A stretch of 30,048 bases of DNA, taken from IMG/VR virus record IMGVR_UViG_3300023197_000200, positions 1-30,048 of that record; one strand, given 5' to 3'. The translations under genes and the position numbers were made by a program. The notes beneath the pieces were generated by a model, which saw nothing but the letters and a program-made list of their open reading frames with translations, made no database searches and was not told the origin of the DNA. This document shows positions 1 through 6,601 of the stretch, piece after piece (positions within the stretch are counted from its first letter, which is position 1; every line of letters begins with the position of its first letter). Source of the stretch: a virus (taxonomy: Duplodnaviria > Caudoviricetes).

Positions 1-453
1 ATGCCGGCTGAAGCCCAACACAACGAGCAGGCTGCCGAGACGCCTGACCCGTCGCCCGAACTCTCAGCCGAGCATGGCGAGAACCCCGCCCGATTCCTCC
101 AAGAGCCGATCCAGATCGACGTCGGTGATGGGACGACGGGCGAACTCATGTTCGCGCGAATCCGCGGCATTGAGACGATCGCGTTGGTGCGCTACTGGGT
201 AGCAATGGAGCGCCGACTCGCCTCGATCGAGGGGCGCGACCCGCGGGAGCGCGTGCTTCAGGCACTCGCCCAACGCGAGCGGTACCTTGAGGAGCACGAC
301 GAGGGGCTCGCGCAGGCCGGGATGACGCCGGCGGAGCGTCGAGAGGCCGCTGCCGAGCGCGACGCCGAGTCGGTGGCAGTGCTGCTCGACAAGGACGGTG
401 AGGAAGTCTCGTGGAGTCGACAGCGCGGCGCCGTCGTGGGGGCGAGTCGATGA
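1..453 (+). CDS. Hypothetical acidic protein (150 aa)
   Basis: Halophile-like composition; stop overlaps the next ATG (ATGA at 450-453). Confidence 0.75.
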   Translation: MPAEAQHNEQAAETPDPSPELSAEHGENPARFLQEPIQIDVGDGTTGELMFARIRGIETIALVRYWVAMERRLASIEGRDPRERVLQALAQRERYLEEHDEGLAQAGMTPAERREAAAERDAESVAVLLDKDGEEVSWSRQRGAVVGASR

Positions 454-725
454 GCCGGACGTGCCCATCCGACGAGCTCAAAGCGCAGGTCGGAGACGTG
501 CCCATCACGACGCACACACGGGTTCTGGGTGCTGACATCCACGTCCCGCAACTGCATCACTGCTGTGAGATGCACGACGTCGAGTACCCACTCGGCGGCC
601 TTGGGAAAGTCATGATATCTGCGGTCGGAAGCGACCGTGGAATCGGTGCAGCGGACCGTCGCTACATCGCAGCGTGGGCGAGACGCAACCTCTTCGAAGG
701 ACATGGAGAAAAGATCGATGAGTAA
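450..725 (+). CDS. Hypothetical protein (91 aa, MSRTCPSDEL...)
   Basis: ATG at 450 coupled to the upstream stop; overlaps the next gene. Confidence 0.65.
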   Translation: MSRTCPSDELKAQVGDVPITTHTRVLGADIHVPQLHHCCEMHDVEYPLGGLGKVMISAVGSDRGIGAADRRYIAAWARRNLFEGHGEKIDE

Positions 726-951
726 CGAACACACCATCGCTTCGTGGACTGAATCGCCGTACACAAGCTACGACAAGCGCGGTATCGTCATCCACCACCG
801 AGTCCGAATCATCCGGTACGACGAGACGACTGCTGACGTGGTCCACCAACGGCGCGAAGGCGATGAGGCGTGGAAAGTCGTTGAAGCGGTTGAACTGCGA
901 GAACACGGGCTAATCCCGAACAAAATCCGCGACGGGGTGATGGCAGAATGA
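718..951 (+). CDS. Hypothetical protein (77 aa, MSNEHTIASW...)
   Basis: ATG at 718; stop overlaps the methyltransferase ATG (ATGA 948-951). Confidence 0.7.
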   Translation: MSNEHTIASWTESPYTSYDKRGIVIHHRVRIIRYDETTADVVHQRREGDEAWKVVEAVELREHGLIPNKIRDGVMAE

Positions 952-2432
952 GTGATGATTCTGGGACCTATCGCCTCACTGCCGTGGACCTGTTCTGCGG
1001 TGGTGGCGGGTTCTCGACCGGCCTCGCACTGGCCTGCGAGGATCTCGACCGTGACGCCCGACTCATCGCCATCAACCACTGGACGAAGGCGATCGAGACC
1101 CACAAGCAGAACCACCCGTGGGCTGAGCATCATAACGCGAAGGTCGAGGAACTCCACCCACCGGCGATCGTCGGTGACGACGACGTCGATCTCCTGGTCG
1201 CCGGTCCGGAGTGCACGCACTTCAGCAGCGCCCGCGGCGGAAAGCCGGTCAACGAGCAGAAGCGGGCGTCGCCGTGGCACGTTGTCGACTGGATCCAGAA
1301 GACCCAGCCGGACGCGGTCTTGGTCGAGAACGTCCCCGAGCTGCAGTCGTGGGGGCCGATCGACGACGACGGGCAGCCGACGCGGAACGGCGAGACGTTC
1401 GAGGCGTGGGTGAACGCCATTCACAGCCTCGGTTATGCGGTTGAGTGGGACACGCTAAACGCGGCCGACTACGGTGACGCGACGACCCGCCGCCGGCTGT
1501 TCGTGGTCGCGCGCCGCGGTCACCGGGCGACGCATCCGGCGCCGACGCACTCGGACGCAGACGACGATCTCGACGACTGGCGCCCCGCTGAGGACATCAT
1601 CGACTGGAGCGATGTCGGTGGCTCGGTGTGGTCTCGCTCCCGGCCGCTCTCAAACAATACGATGCAGCGGATCGCGAAGGGGATCCGCGACCACTGCGCC
1701 GACGAGCTCGAACCCTACGCGGAGATCATCGCCGGGATCGAGCCCGACGACGTCGAGGCGATGCAGGAGGACGTGGTCGCGCTTGACGACTTGGAGAACG
1801 CGGCGGACGAGCGAGACGACCCGTTTCTTGTGGAAGGGCCGGCGCAGGTCGAGGCCGACGGCGGGACGCCGATGGTGATGGGTCAGCAGTCGGGTGCCCG
1901 GGCGCTTGACGCCGAAGCGGAGCCACTCCCGACGATCGCGACGAAAGGGGCGATCCACTACATCAAGGCGCAGCCGTTCGTGAAGCCGCGGAACGGCCCG
2001 CGGCGCGGACTTCACAGTAACGAGACGTATGAGGCGGAGGACCGGCCGCTCCACACGGTGACGGCCTCGAACCACGACGGACACCTCGTGTCGCCGTTCC
2101 TCGTCGAATACTACGGGAACAGCGACACCGCTGACGTCAAGGAGCCGCTCCCGACGGTGACGACGAAGGACCGACACGCGCTGTGCGTGCCGGATCTCTA
2201 CCCGTGGGGGCTCGATCTCCGATACCGGATGCTCCAGCCGCGGGAGCTCGCCGCGGCGCAGGGCTTCCCGAGCGACTACGAGTTCGCCGGCAACAAAGGC
2301 GAGAGAACCGAGCAGATCGGGAACGCGGTGCCGGTGAACCTCGCGAAGGCGCTCGTCACGGAGGCGCTGACCGGTACAAAACCGAGTCTCGACAGCTACG
2401 GAAACTCGGAGGTGAGCGCAGCCGATGACTGA
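948..2432 (+). CDS. DNA (cytosine-5)-methyltransferase
   Basis: Motif I DLFCGGGG, IV GPEC (catalytic Cys), VI VENV, VIII RRRLF, IX RMLQPRELAAAQGFP, X QIGNAVP, all in canonical order. Confidence 0.96.
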   Translation: MSDDSGTYRLTAVDLFCGGGGFSTGLALACEDLDRDARLIAINHWTKAIETHKQNHPWAEHHNAKVEELHPPAIVGDDDVDLLVAGPECTHFSSARGGKPVNEQKRASPWHVVDWIQKTQPDAVLVENVPELQSWGPIDDDGQPTRNGETFEAWVNAIHSLGYAVEWDTLNAADYGDATTRRRLFVVARRGHRATHPAPTHSDADDDLDDWRPAEDIIDWSDVGGSVWSRSRPLSNNTMQRIAKGIRDHCADELEPYAEIIAGIEPDDVEAMQEDVVALDDLENAADERDDPFLVEGPAQVEADGGTPMVMGQQSGARALDAEAEPLPTIATKGAIHYIKAQPFVKPRNGPRRGLHSNETYEAEDRPLHTVTASNHDGHLVSPFLVEYYGNSDTADVKEPLPTVTTKDRHALCVPDLYPWGLDLRYRMLQPRELAAAQGFPSDYEFAGNKGERTEQIGNAVPVNLAKALVTEALTGTKPSLDSYGNSEVSAADD

Positions 2433-2565
2433 TCAGTCTACCGACGACATATCTCAGGTGATCTGCGGCGAGTGTATGCACCGCCACGAGGGTGGTGCGT
2501 GTCCGAACTGCGGCGCCGAAACAAGGTGGCACGAGACGTCTGATGACGGATCCGTGAATGAGTGA
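2425..2565 (+). CDS. Zn-finger microprotein (46 aa; CGEC...CPNCG)
   Basis: Hand-translated: MTDQSTDDISQVICGECMHRHEGGACPNCGAETRWHETSDDGSVNE. Fills the gap and overlaps both neighbours; absent from the ORF track. Confidence 0.75.
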   Translation: MTDQSTDDISQVICGECMHRHEGGACPNCGAETRWHETSDDGSVNE

Positions 2566-2818
2566 GACCGCCGACCTGTCAGACCTGCCCCGATCGACCC
2601 GCGAACAGCTCGCCGACCTCCCGCCGACGGCCACCCTCGTCTATCTCCATCTGCACAACGAGGATGGCCAGCGGCAGCTCCAGCAGATCGCCACCGAGAC
2701 GGCCCGCCCGAAACGCTCAATCCGCCGCGCGCTCCGGCAACTGCACGACGAGGGCATGGTGTCGCGCTCGCCGAACCATGCGGATCCGTCTTCGTCTGCA
2801 TGGAGCGTCGACGGGTGA
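2558..2818 (+). CDS. Winged helix-turn-helix DNA-binding protein
   Basis: LPPTATLVYLHL...LQQIATETARPKRSIRRALRQLHDEGMVSR matches the small haloarchaeal wHTH pattern. Confidence 0.85.
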   Translation: MSETADLSDLPRSTREQLADLPPTATLVYLHLHNEDGQRQLQQIATETARPKRSIRRALRQLHDEGMVSRSPNHADPSSSAWSVDG

Positions 2819-2840
2819 CCGACAAAATGGCGATCAGTGT

Positions 2841-2870
2841 AGTACTTATGTATCTCGAAAAGTATCGTTT
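2841..2870 (+). promoter_or_regulatory. Putative archaeal promoter (TATA-like TTATGTAT at 2846-2853)
   Basis: AT-rich patch in the first real intergenic gap, upstream of the accessory/late block. Inferred only. Confidence 0.4.
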
Positions 2871-2963
2871 GGATGACTTCCGGTGTAAGCCGTACTTCAG
2901 TCTCGCCTGTGTCCGTCGTTCACAGCGGCGGGCCCTGTAGCACGGCGTCCCCGCTTCCGTATT

Positions 2964-3539
2964 ATGTCTGCCACAGAACACGCCACAGAGACGTACACGT
3001 GTCGCCAGTGCGACGGTCCACGAACGCCTGAGCTATCGGTCGGCGGGAGCTTCTGTTCGGAGCGCTGTCTGTTCCGCCACCGCGGAGCCAAGGTCCTCCA
3101 ACAGATCGCCGCCGACCACCGGTGGTGTGCGACCTGCTTCCGGCAGATCAAACACACCCACCGCCCGCCAGAGAGTGAACTCGTCGAACTCAATATCCCG
3201 AAACACATTCGCGACGCCTTCGTCGGGTATCAGTACCGCACGGACCACGCGACTGACGGCGTCGACGAGGCCGAGCGCGCGGATGGCTCCGAGCGCCGTA
3301 TCGAGTTCACGCGGACCTCCTGTGAGTGCGGCGCTGTCGACCCGTCAGATCAACACGAGGTTCTCCGCGAACTCGACCCGGCAGCCACGATTCAGTCACT
3401 GTGGGCGTGTCTCGTCCGCCTTGAGGAGCACGGCACGATTCAACGCCGGCCCTCAAAGAGCGCGTATCTCGACGCGCTGCGGGAGTCGGACTGTGATTGG
3501 ACGTACGCGATCGGCCGGGCCCTCTACGAAGACTCATGA
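2964..3539 (+). CDS. Cys-rich (multi Zn-finger) hypothetical protein
   Basis: CRQC, FCSERC, CATC and CECG motifs; 191 aa. Confidence 0.8.
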   Translation: MSATEHATETYTCRQCDGPRTPELSVGGSFCSERCLFRHRGAKVLQQIAADHRWCATCFRQIKHTHRPPESELVELNIPKHIRDAFVGYQYRTDHATDGVDEAERADGSERRIEFTRTSCECGAVDPSDQHEVLRELDPAATIQSLWACLVRLEEHGTIQRRPSKSAYLDALRESDCDWTYAIGRALYEDS

Positions 3540-3715
3540 GCGTCTCGCAGTACGCTCGTGTCGGTTTCGATTTCGCCGGTCGCGAACTCGAGGGCGACGC
3601 GATCAACTTCGAGCCCGCCGGCGACCTTGCTGGACTTGATGGCTTCCTGACTGTCGACGTCGACGGGCTCACCTACCGCGTTGCGGAATCCGATGCGGAG
3701 CGGTTGGATCGATAG
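3536..3715 (+). CDS. Hypothetical protein (59 aa, MSVSQYARVGF...)
   Basis: ATGA coupling at 3536-3539; acidic, beta-strand-like sequence; the stop codon lies inside the tRNA. Confidence 0.7.
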   Translation: MSVSQYARVGFDFAGRELEGDAINFEPAGDLAGLDGFLTVDVDGLTYRVAESDAERLDR

Positions 3716-3777
3716 CTCAGTGGGAGAGCACGGCACTGAAGATGCCGCTGTCCTCGGTTCGATTCCGAGTCGATCCA
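3706..3777 (+). tRNA. tRNA-Phe (anticodon GAA), no intron, CCA not encoded
   Basis: Complete cloverleaf: acceptor GGATCGA/TCGATCC plus discriminator A; D arm GCTC-AGTGGGA-GAGC; anticodon arm CGGCA-CTGAAGA-TGCCG; variable CTGTC; T arm CTCGG-TTCGATT-CCGAG. Confidence 0.96.
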
Positions 3778-3778
3778 T

Positions 3779-4024
3779 CTCCCGAGGGCGTAACTGTTCG
3801 GCTTTCCCGCCGATGGTTAGGTCAACGCGCCCGAGGGAGTGTGTTGGCACACGAGCGGTCGGCCTCACTACGTCACCTCCACTCCTCCTGCGAGGAGCGG
3901 CAATCGTGATCGTGATCGAGACCGAGAGCGGCCGTGACACGCGCTCAGTTCGGCTTGGTCGTTCCCTCTGAACTTGCCAGATGAGTTCAGTTCACGTTTC
4001 GGAAACCCCCCCAAGTCCGACCGC
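3779..4024 (+). ncRNA. Putative structured non-coding RNA of unknown family
   Basis: No credible ORF. Dense nested helices: CTCCC-GA-GGGCG/CGCCC-GA-GGGAG, TCGGC/GCCGA, TGTG/CACA, long-range GCGGTCGG(3855-62)/CCGACCGC(4017-24), CTCCTC/GAGGAG, GACCGAG/CTTGGTC, CTGAACT/AGTTCAG. Confidence 0.55.
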
Positions 4025-4027
4025 CTT

Positions 4028-4130
4028 GCGGCGCCACTGGAGTGGTCACGGACGGCCCTATGGGCTCGGGCGAAACCAAAGCCTGAGACGGGCCTATCCC
4101 GTGCTGGGGTTCAATTCCCCGGCGTCCGCT
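4028..4130 (+). ncRNA. tRNA-like element (non-canonical cloverleaf)
   Basis: T arm CTGGGG-TTCAATT-CCCCGG; acceptor-like GCGGCG/CGTCCGC with one bulge; D-like hairpin CCAC-TGGA-GTGG; long arm CACGG..GGCCC..CTCGGGC/GCCTGAG..GGGCC..CCGTG with no normal anticodon loop. Confidence 0.6.
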
Positions 4131-4154
4131 TCGCTTCCGTTTGATTTCACACTC

Positions 4155-4274
4155 ATGACTCGACCCAATCCCCCACGACTGTCGACGTATCGACCGACGC
4201 GCTGTCCCGAGTGTGGCTGTTCCACGCAGTCGGGGCGAGCGTGTGGGTGCCGACCACTCGCTGATGTCTCATGA
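4155..4274 (+). CDS. CPxCG Zn-finger microprotein (39 aa)
   Basis: MTRPNPPRLSTYRPTRCPECGCSTQSGRACGC...; stop overlaps the next ATG. Confidence 0.55.
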   Translation: MTRPNPPRLSTYRPTRCPECGCSTQSGRACGCRPLADVS

Positions 4275-4579
4275 CCCCCCCACTCGCCGACCCGCAACGC
4301 GAGGCGTTCGCCCTCGCCAAATCCTGCATGCCCAACGGTCACCATACGCTCGCGAAACTCGTCGCCGGACTACTCGTCATCGTGTGGCTTGTGGTGACGC
4401 TTTCACTCACGCTCAAGGCGATCGGCGCCGTCCGACCGCCGTACTACGGGGTGTTCTCAGCACTCGTGTTTCTACTCGTCGGGCGGCTCTGGGGCATCGA
4501 GCGCGAATTGATGGAAGTGGCCGCCAGCTCGCTCCCAGTCACGTTCGAGTTCACCACCAACGACGACGATGACGAGTGA
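4271..4579 (+). CDS. Small membrane protein with two TM segments (holin-like topology)
   Basis: Hydrophobic stretches LVAGLLVIVWLVVTLSLTL and YYGVFSALVFLLVG; acidic C-terminal tail. Confidence 0.75.
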   Translation: MTPPLADPQREAFALAKSCMPNGHHTLAKLVAGLLVIVWLVVTLSLTLKAIGAVRPPYYGVFSALVFLLVGRLWGIERELMEVAASSLPVTFEFTTNDDDDE

Positions 4580-4755
4580 GCGCCCACACGTGCACCCGGT
4601 GTGGTGATCCGGTCGAGAACACGGATAATCGCGGCTGGTATCGTGACCACTGCTGGGACTGCATTGAGGCGATCGCCAACGAGGAGCCGTCACACCGCGA
4701 GCAGTGTGACGACCCCGAGTGTCTGATCTGTCAGAACGATGCCCGCGTACGATGA
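4576..4755 (+). CDS. Double Zn-finger microprotein (59 aa)
   Basis: Hand-translated from the GTG overlapping the upstream stop: MSAHTCTRCGDPVENTDNRGWYRDHCWDCIEAIANEEPSHREQCDDPECLICQNDARVR. Absent from the ORF track. Confidence 0.75.
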   Translation: MSAHTCTRCGDPVENTDNRGWYRDHCWDCIEAIANEEPSHREQCDDPECLICQNDARVR

Positions 4756-4939
4756 CGGCTTCGAGGCAAAGCCCGGCCGGAACGATGCGCCGGACGCGTG
4801 TCAGTATCGGGGCTGTTCGGGCCTGCCGACGCACGTCGTCCGCTTTCGCGAGCCGGCGGAGTATCTGTGCTACTGTTCCGACCACAGTCAGACCGTGTAC
4901 GACTCCCCGTACGCGAAGTACCGGTCGCAACTGCGCTAG
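4739..4939 (+). CDS. Small Cys/His (Zn-binding) protein (66 aa)
   Basis: CQYRGC...CYCSDH pattern; typical codon usage. Confidence 0.7.
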   Translation: MPAYDDGFEAKPGRNDAPDACQYRGCSGLPTHVVRFREPAEYLCYCSDHSQTVYDSPYAKYRSQLR

Positions 4940-4942
4940 GCA

Positions 4943-4979
4943 GTCGGCGGGAGCGCCCACGTCGCCCGCTCCCGTCGAC
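4943..4979. repeat. Intergenic inverted repeat / hairpin
   Basis: GTCGGCGGGAGCG...CGCTCCCGTCGAC, 13-bp stem with one G-T pair, immediately after a stop codon. Confidence 0.6.
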
Positions 4980-5014
4980 CGCGCCGCGCTGATCTACAGA
5001 GACGGCCGCGAGCC

Positions 5015-5377
5015 ATGACACACGCCCCCGAGTCGGAGATCGAGCCGGCCGTCGCCGACTGGTTCCAAGAGACCTACGGGACGGACGCCGTCGAGACACA
5101 ACGGTACCTCCCGGGCGTCCGCTGGTATTGCGATATCGTCGTCGACGTCGGCTTCGCCACGCTGTTCGTTGAGGTGGAATCCAGAGCTGACGCGGTCCGC
5201 GCCGGGCTGGCGCAAGCCGCGGGCTATGCGGCGACCCGCCGCGACGGCATCCCGCTGCTCGTCACCCCACCCGACCACGTCGACGCCCATCGGCGACTCG
5301 CGTTCGAAACCGGGCTCCACGTTCCGATCCGAGAGTTCGACAGCGAAAAAGGCGATTTCATCACCGACCGTGAGTGA
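5015..5377 (+). CDS. PD-(D/E)XK-fold nuclease-like protein
   Basis: E...YCDIVV...FVEVES...GLAQAAGY fits motif II (D), motif III (ExE) and QxxxY. Confidence 0.7.
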   Translation: MTHAPESEIEPAVADWFQETYGTDAVETQRYLPGVRWYCDIVVDVGFATLFVEVESRADAVRAGLAQAAGYAATRRDGIPLLVTPPDHVDAHRRLAFETGLHVPIREFDSEKGDFITDRE

Positions 5378-5472
5378 CGCCTCGCCGGCGCAGCGCGGTA
5401 TGGTTCAGCAGCCAGTCGTGCGCCACGCGACGGCTCTGATACGCCTCACGAGACAAAGGCCATAGAGGAACG

Positions 5473-6108
5473 ATGACACGTGGAAGCCCAAAAGAGACCT
5501 GCGGCGACCACGGCGGCCGCCGAAACGGCGGATCGCCGTGCGGACGCGCCGCTGGTTGGGGGACTGATTTCGACTCGGGGAAGTGCCGCGAGTGCCGGGG
5601 CACGAACCCCGATGGGACAGTCCCCGACGATCACGGAGCCCCCGAAGGCAACGACAACGCCGCCCGGCACGAGATGTACGCCGAGCGGAACGCGTACTAC
5701 CAGCGCCGCTCCGACGCCGAACAGGACCTCATCGACCAGATCTACGAGGACTACTGTGACGAGTACGAGCGCCGGCACGACCGCGAACCGCTGACCGGCG
5801 ACGACCTGAAGTTGTTCGGCATCGCCGTCGGCCTCCACAAAACGGAACTCCGCGCCGACGACTGGCCGGATGAGCGCCCCGATGGACTCGAGTCCGGTCA
5901 CGAACTCGTCGACCGGAGCGAGAAGCGGACGGCGCAGGGGAAAGCCTACTACGAGTACAAGCCCGCCGCCGTGATCCGGGGCGAGAAGACGGTCTCACAG
6001 GACATCCGGATGTGGCTGAAAGACCTCGGGCTGTTTGACGACCCAGACAGTCAGGATGCAGCCGCCAGGGAGGATGTCGCCGACGCACTGCGTGAGGTGC
6101 TCAAGTGA
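5473..6108 (+). CDS. terS: Terminase small subunit
   Basis: N-terminal Cys/Gly region and GAPEGNDNAARH motif typical of TerS; lies upstream of TerL. Confidence 0.75.
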   Translation: MTRGSPKETCGDHGGRRNGGSPCGRAAGWGTDFDSGKCRECRGTNPDGTVPDDHGAPEGNDNAARHEMYAERNAYYQRRSDAEQDLIDQIYEDYCDEYERRHDREPLTGDDLKLFGIAVGLHKTELRADDWPDERPDGLESGHELVDRSEKRTAQGKAYYEYKPAAVIRGEKTVSQDIRMWLKDLGLFDDPDSQDAAAREDVADALREVLK

Positions 6109-6497
6109 CGCCTCGCGTCCTCGTTGAGCCGGATGACGACGCCCGTCGGCTCCGGGAGTACGTCCGTAACCACCCTGGCGTTCGGAAGTACGAGTACGCC
6201 GACTACGCCGACCCGGTCGAGGGTGCGTGCTACGTGCTCGCGGAGGCGTACTTCCACCTCCAGGGTGGGACGGACAGCCCACTAGACGTCTACCGTCTCG
6301 ACTGGGGCGACATCTACGACGGCGCCGATGGAGCTCACTGGTTCCTTCGCGACGGCGACGACATCGTCGACCTGTCGCTGCCCGCTCCCGAGGATGGCGC
6401 CGACGTGCCGTGGGAGGCTGCCCGCAACCGGGCGTTCATCACGGGTTACGAACCGAGCAACCGTACCGCGCGTGTCCTCGAGGCACTCGACATATGA
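6105..6497 (+). CDS. Hypothetical protein with a putative Cys-His-Asp triad (papain/transglutaminase-like)
   Basis: GACYVLAEA...HWFL...IVDLS spacing; GTGA coupling to TerS. Confidence 0.65.
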   Translation: MTPRVLVEPDDDARRLREYVRNHPGVRKYEYADYADPVEGACYVLAEAYFHLQGGTDSPLDVYRLDWGDIYDGADGAHWFLRDGDDIVDLSLPAPEDGADVPWEAARNRAFITGYEPSNRTARVLEALDI

Positions 6498-6601
6498 ACA
6501 ACTGTGAATACTGCGGTGATGAAACCGACCCCGAGGAGATGTGTCGCAAGTGTTACACCGTCGTTGTCGCCGCCGCTATCCTCAAAATGACGCCAACATG
6601 A
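6494..6601 (+). CDS. Zn-finger microprotein (35 aa; CEYCG...CRKC)
   Basis: MNNCEYCGDETDPEEMCRKCYTVVVAAAILKMTPT; ATGA overlaps at both ends. Confidence 0.6.
   Translation: MNNCEYCGDETDPEEMCRKCYTVVVAAAILKMTPT

Noticed and set aside
3706-3777. tRNA-Phe as a provirus attachment site
   Set aside because: Viral-type genes continue on both sides; no integrase or duplicated tRNA 3' end was seen in the window.
3779-4130. RNase P RNA, SRP RNA or hammerhead ribozyme
   Set aside because: The diagnostic cores (GAGGAAAGUCC, the SRP helix 8 motif, CUGANGA with GAAA) were not found by eye.
3681-4154. ORFs 3681-3971 and the 5' part of 3981-4274
   Set aside because: They overlap the tRNA and tRNA-like folds and have basic, non-halophilic composition.
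5378-5472. Gap before terS as a pac/cos site or microgene
   Set aside because: The location is plausible, but no repeats or convincing ORF support it.
6541-6597. Longer TerL start given in the ORF track
   Set aside because: The extension overlaps the Zn-finger microgene; the coupled ATG at 6598 is more plausible.
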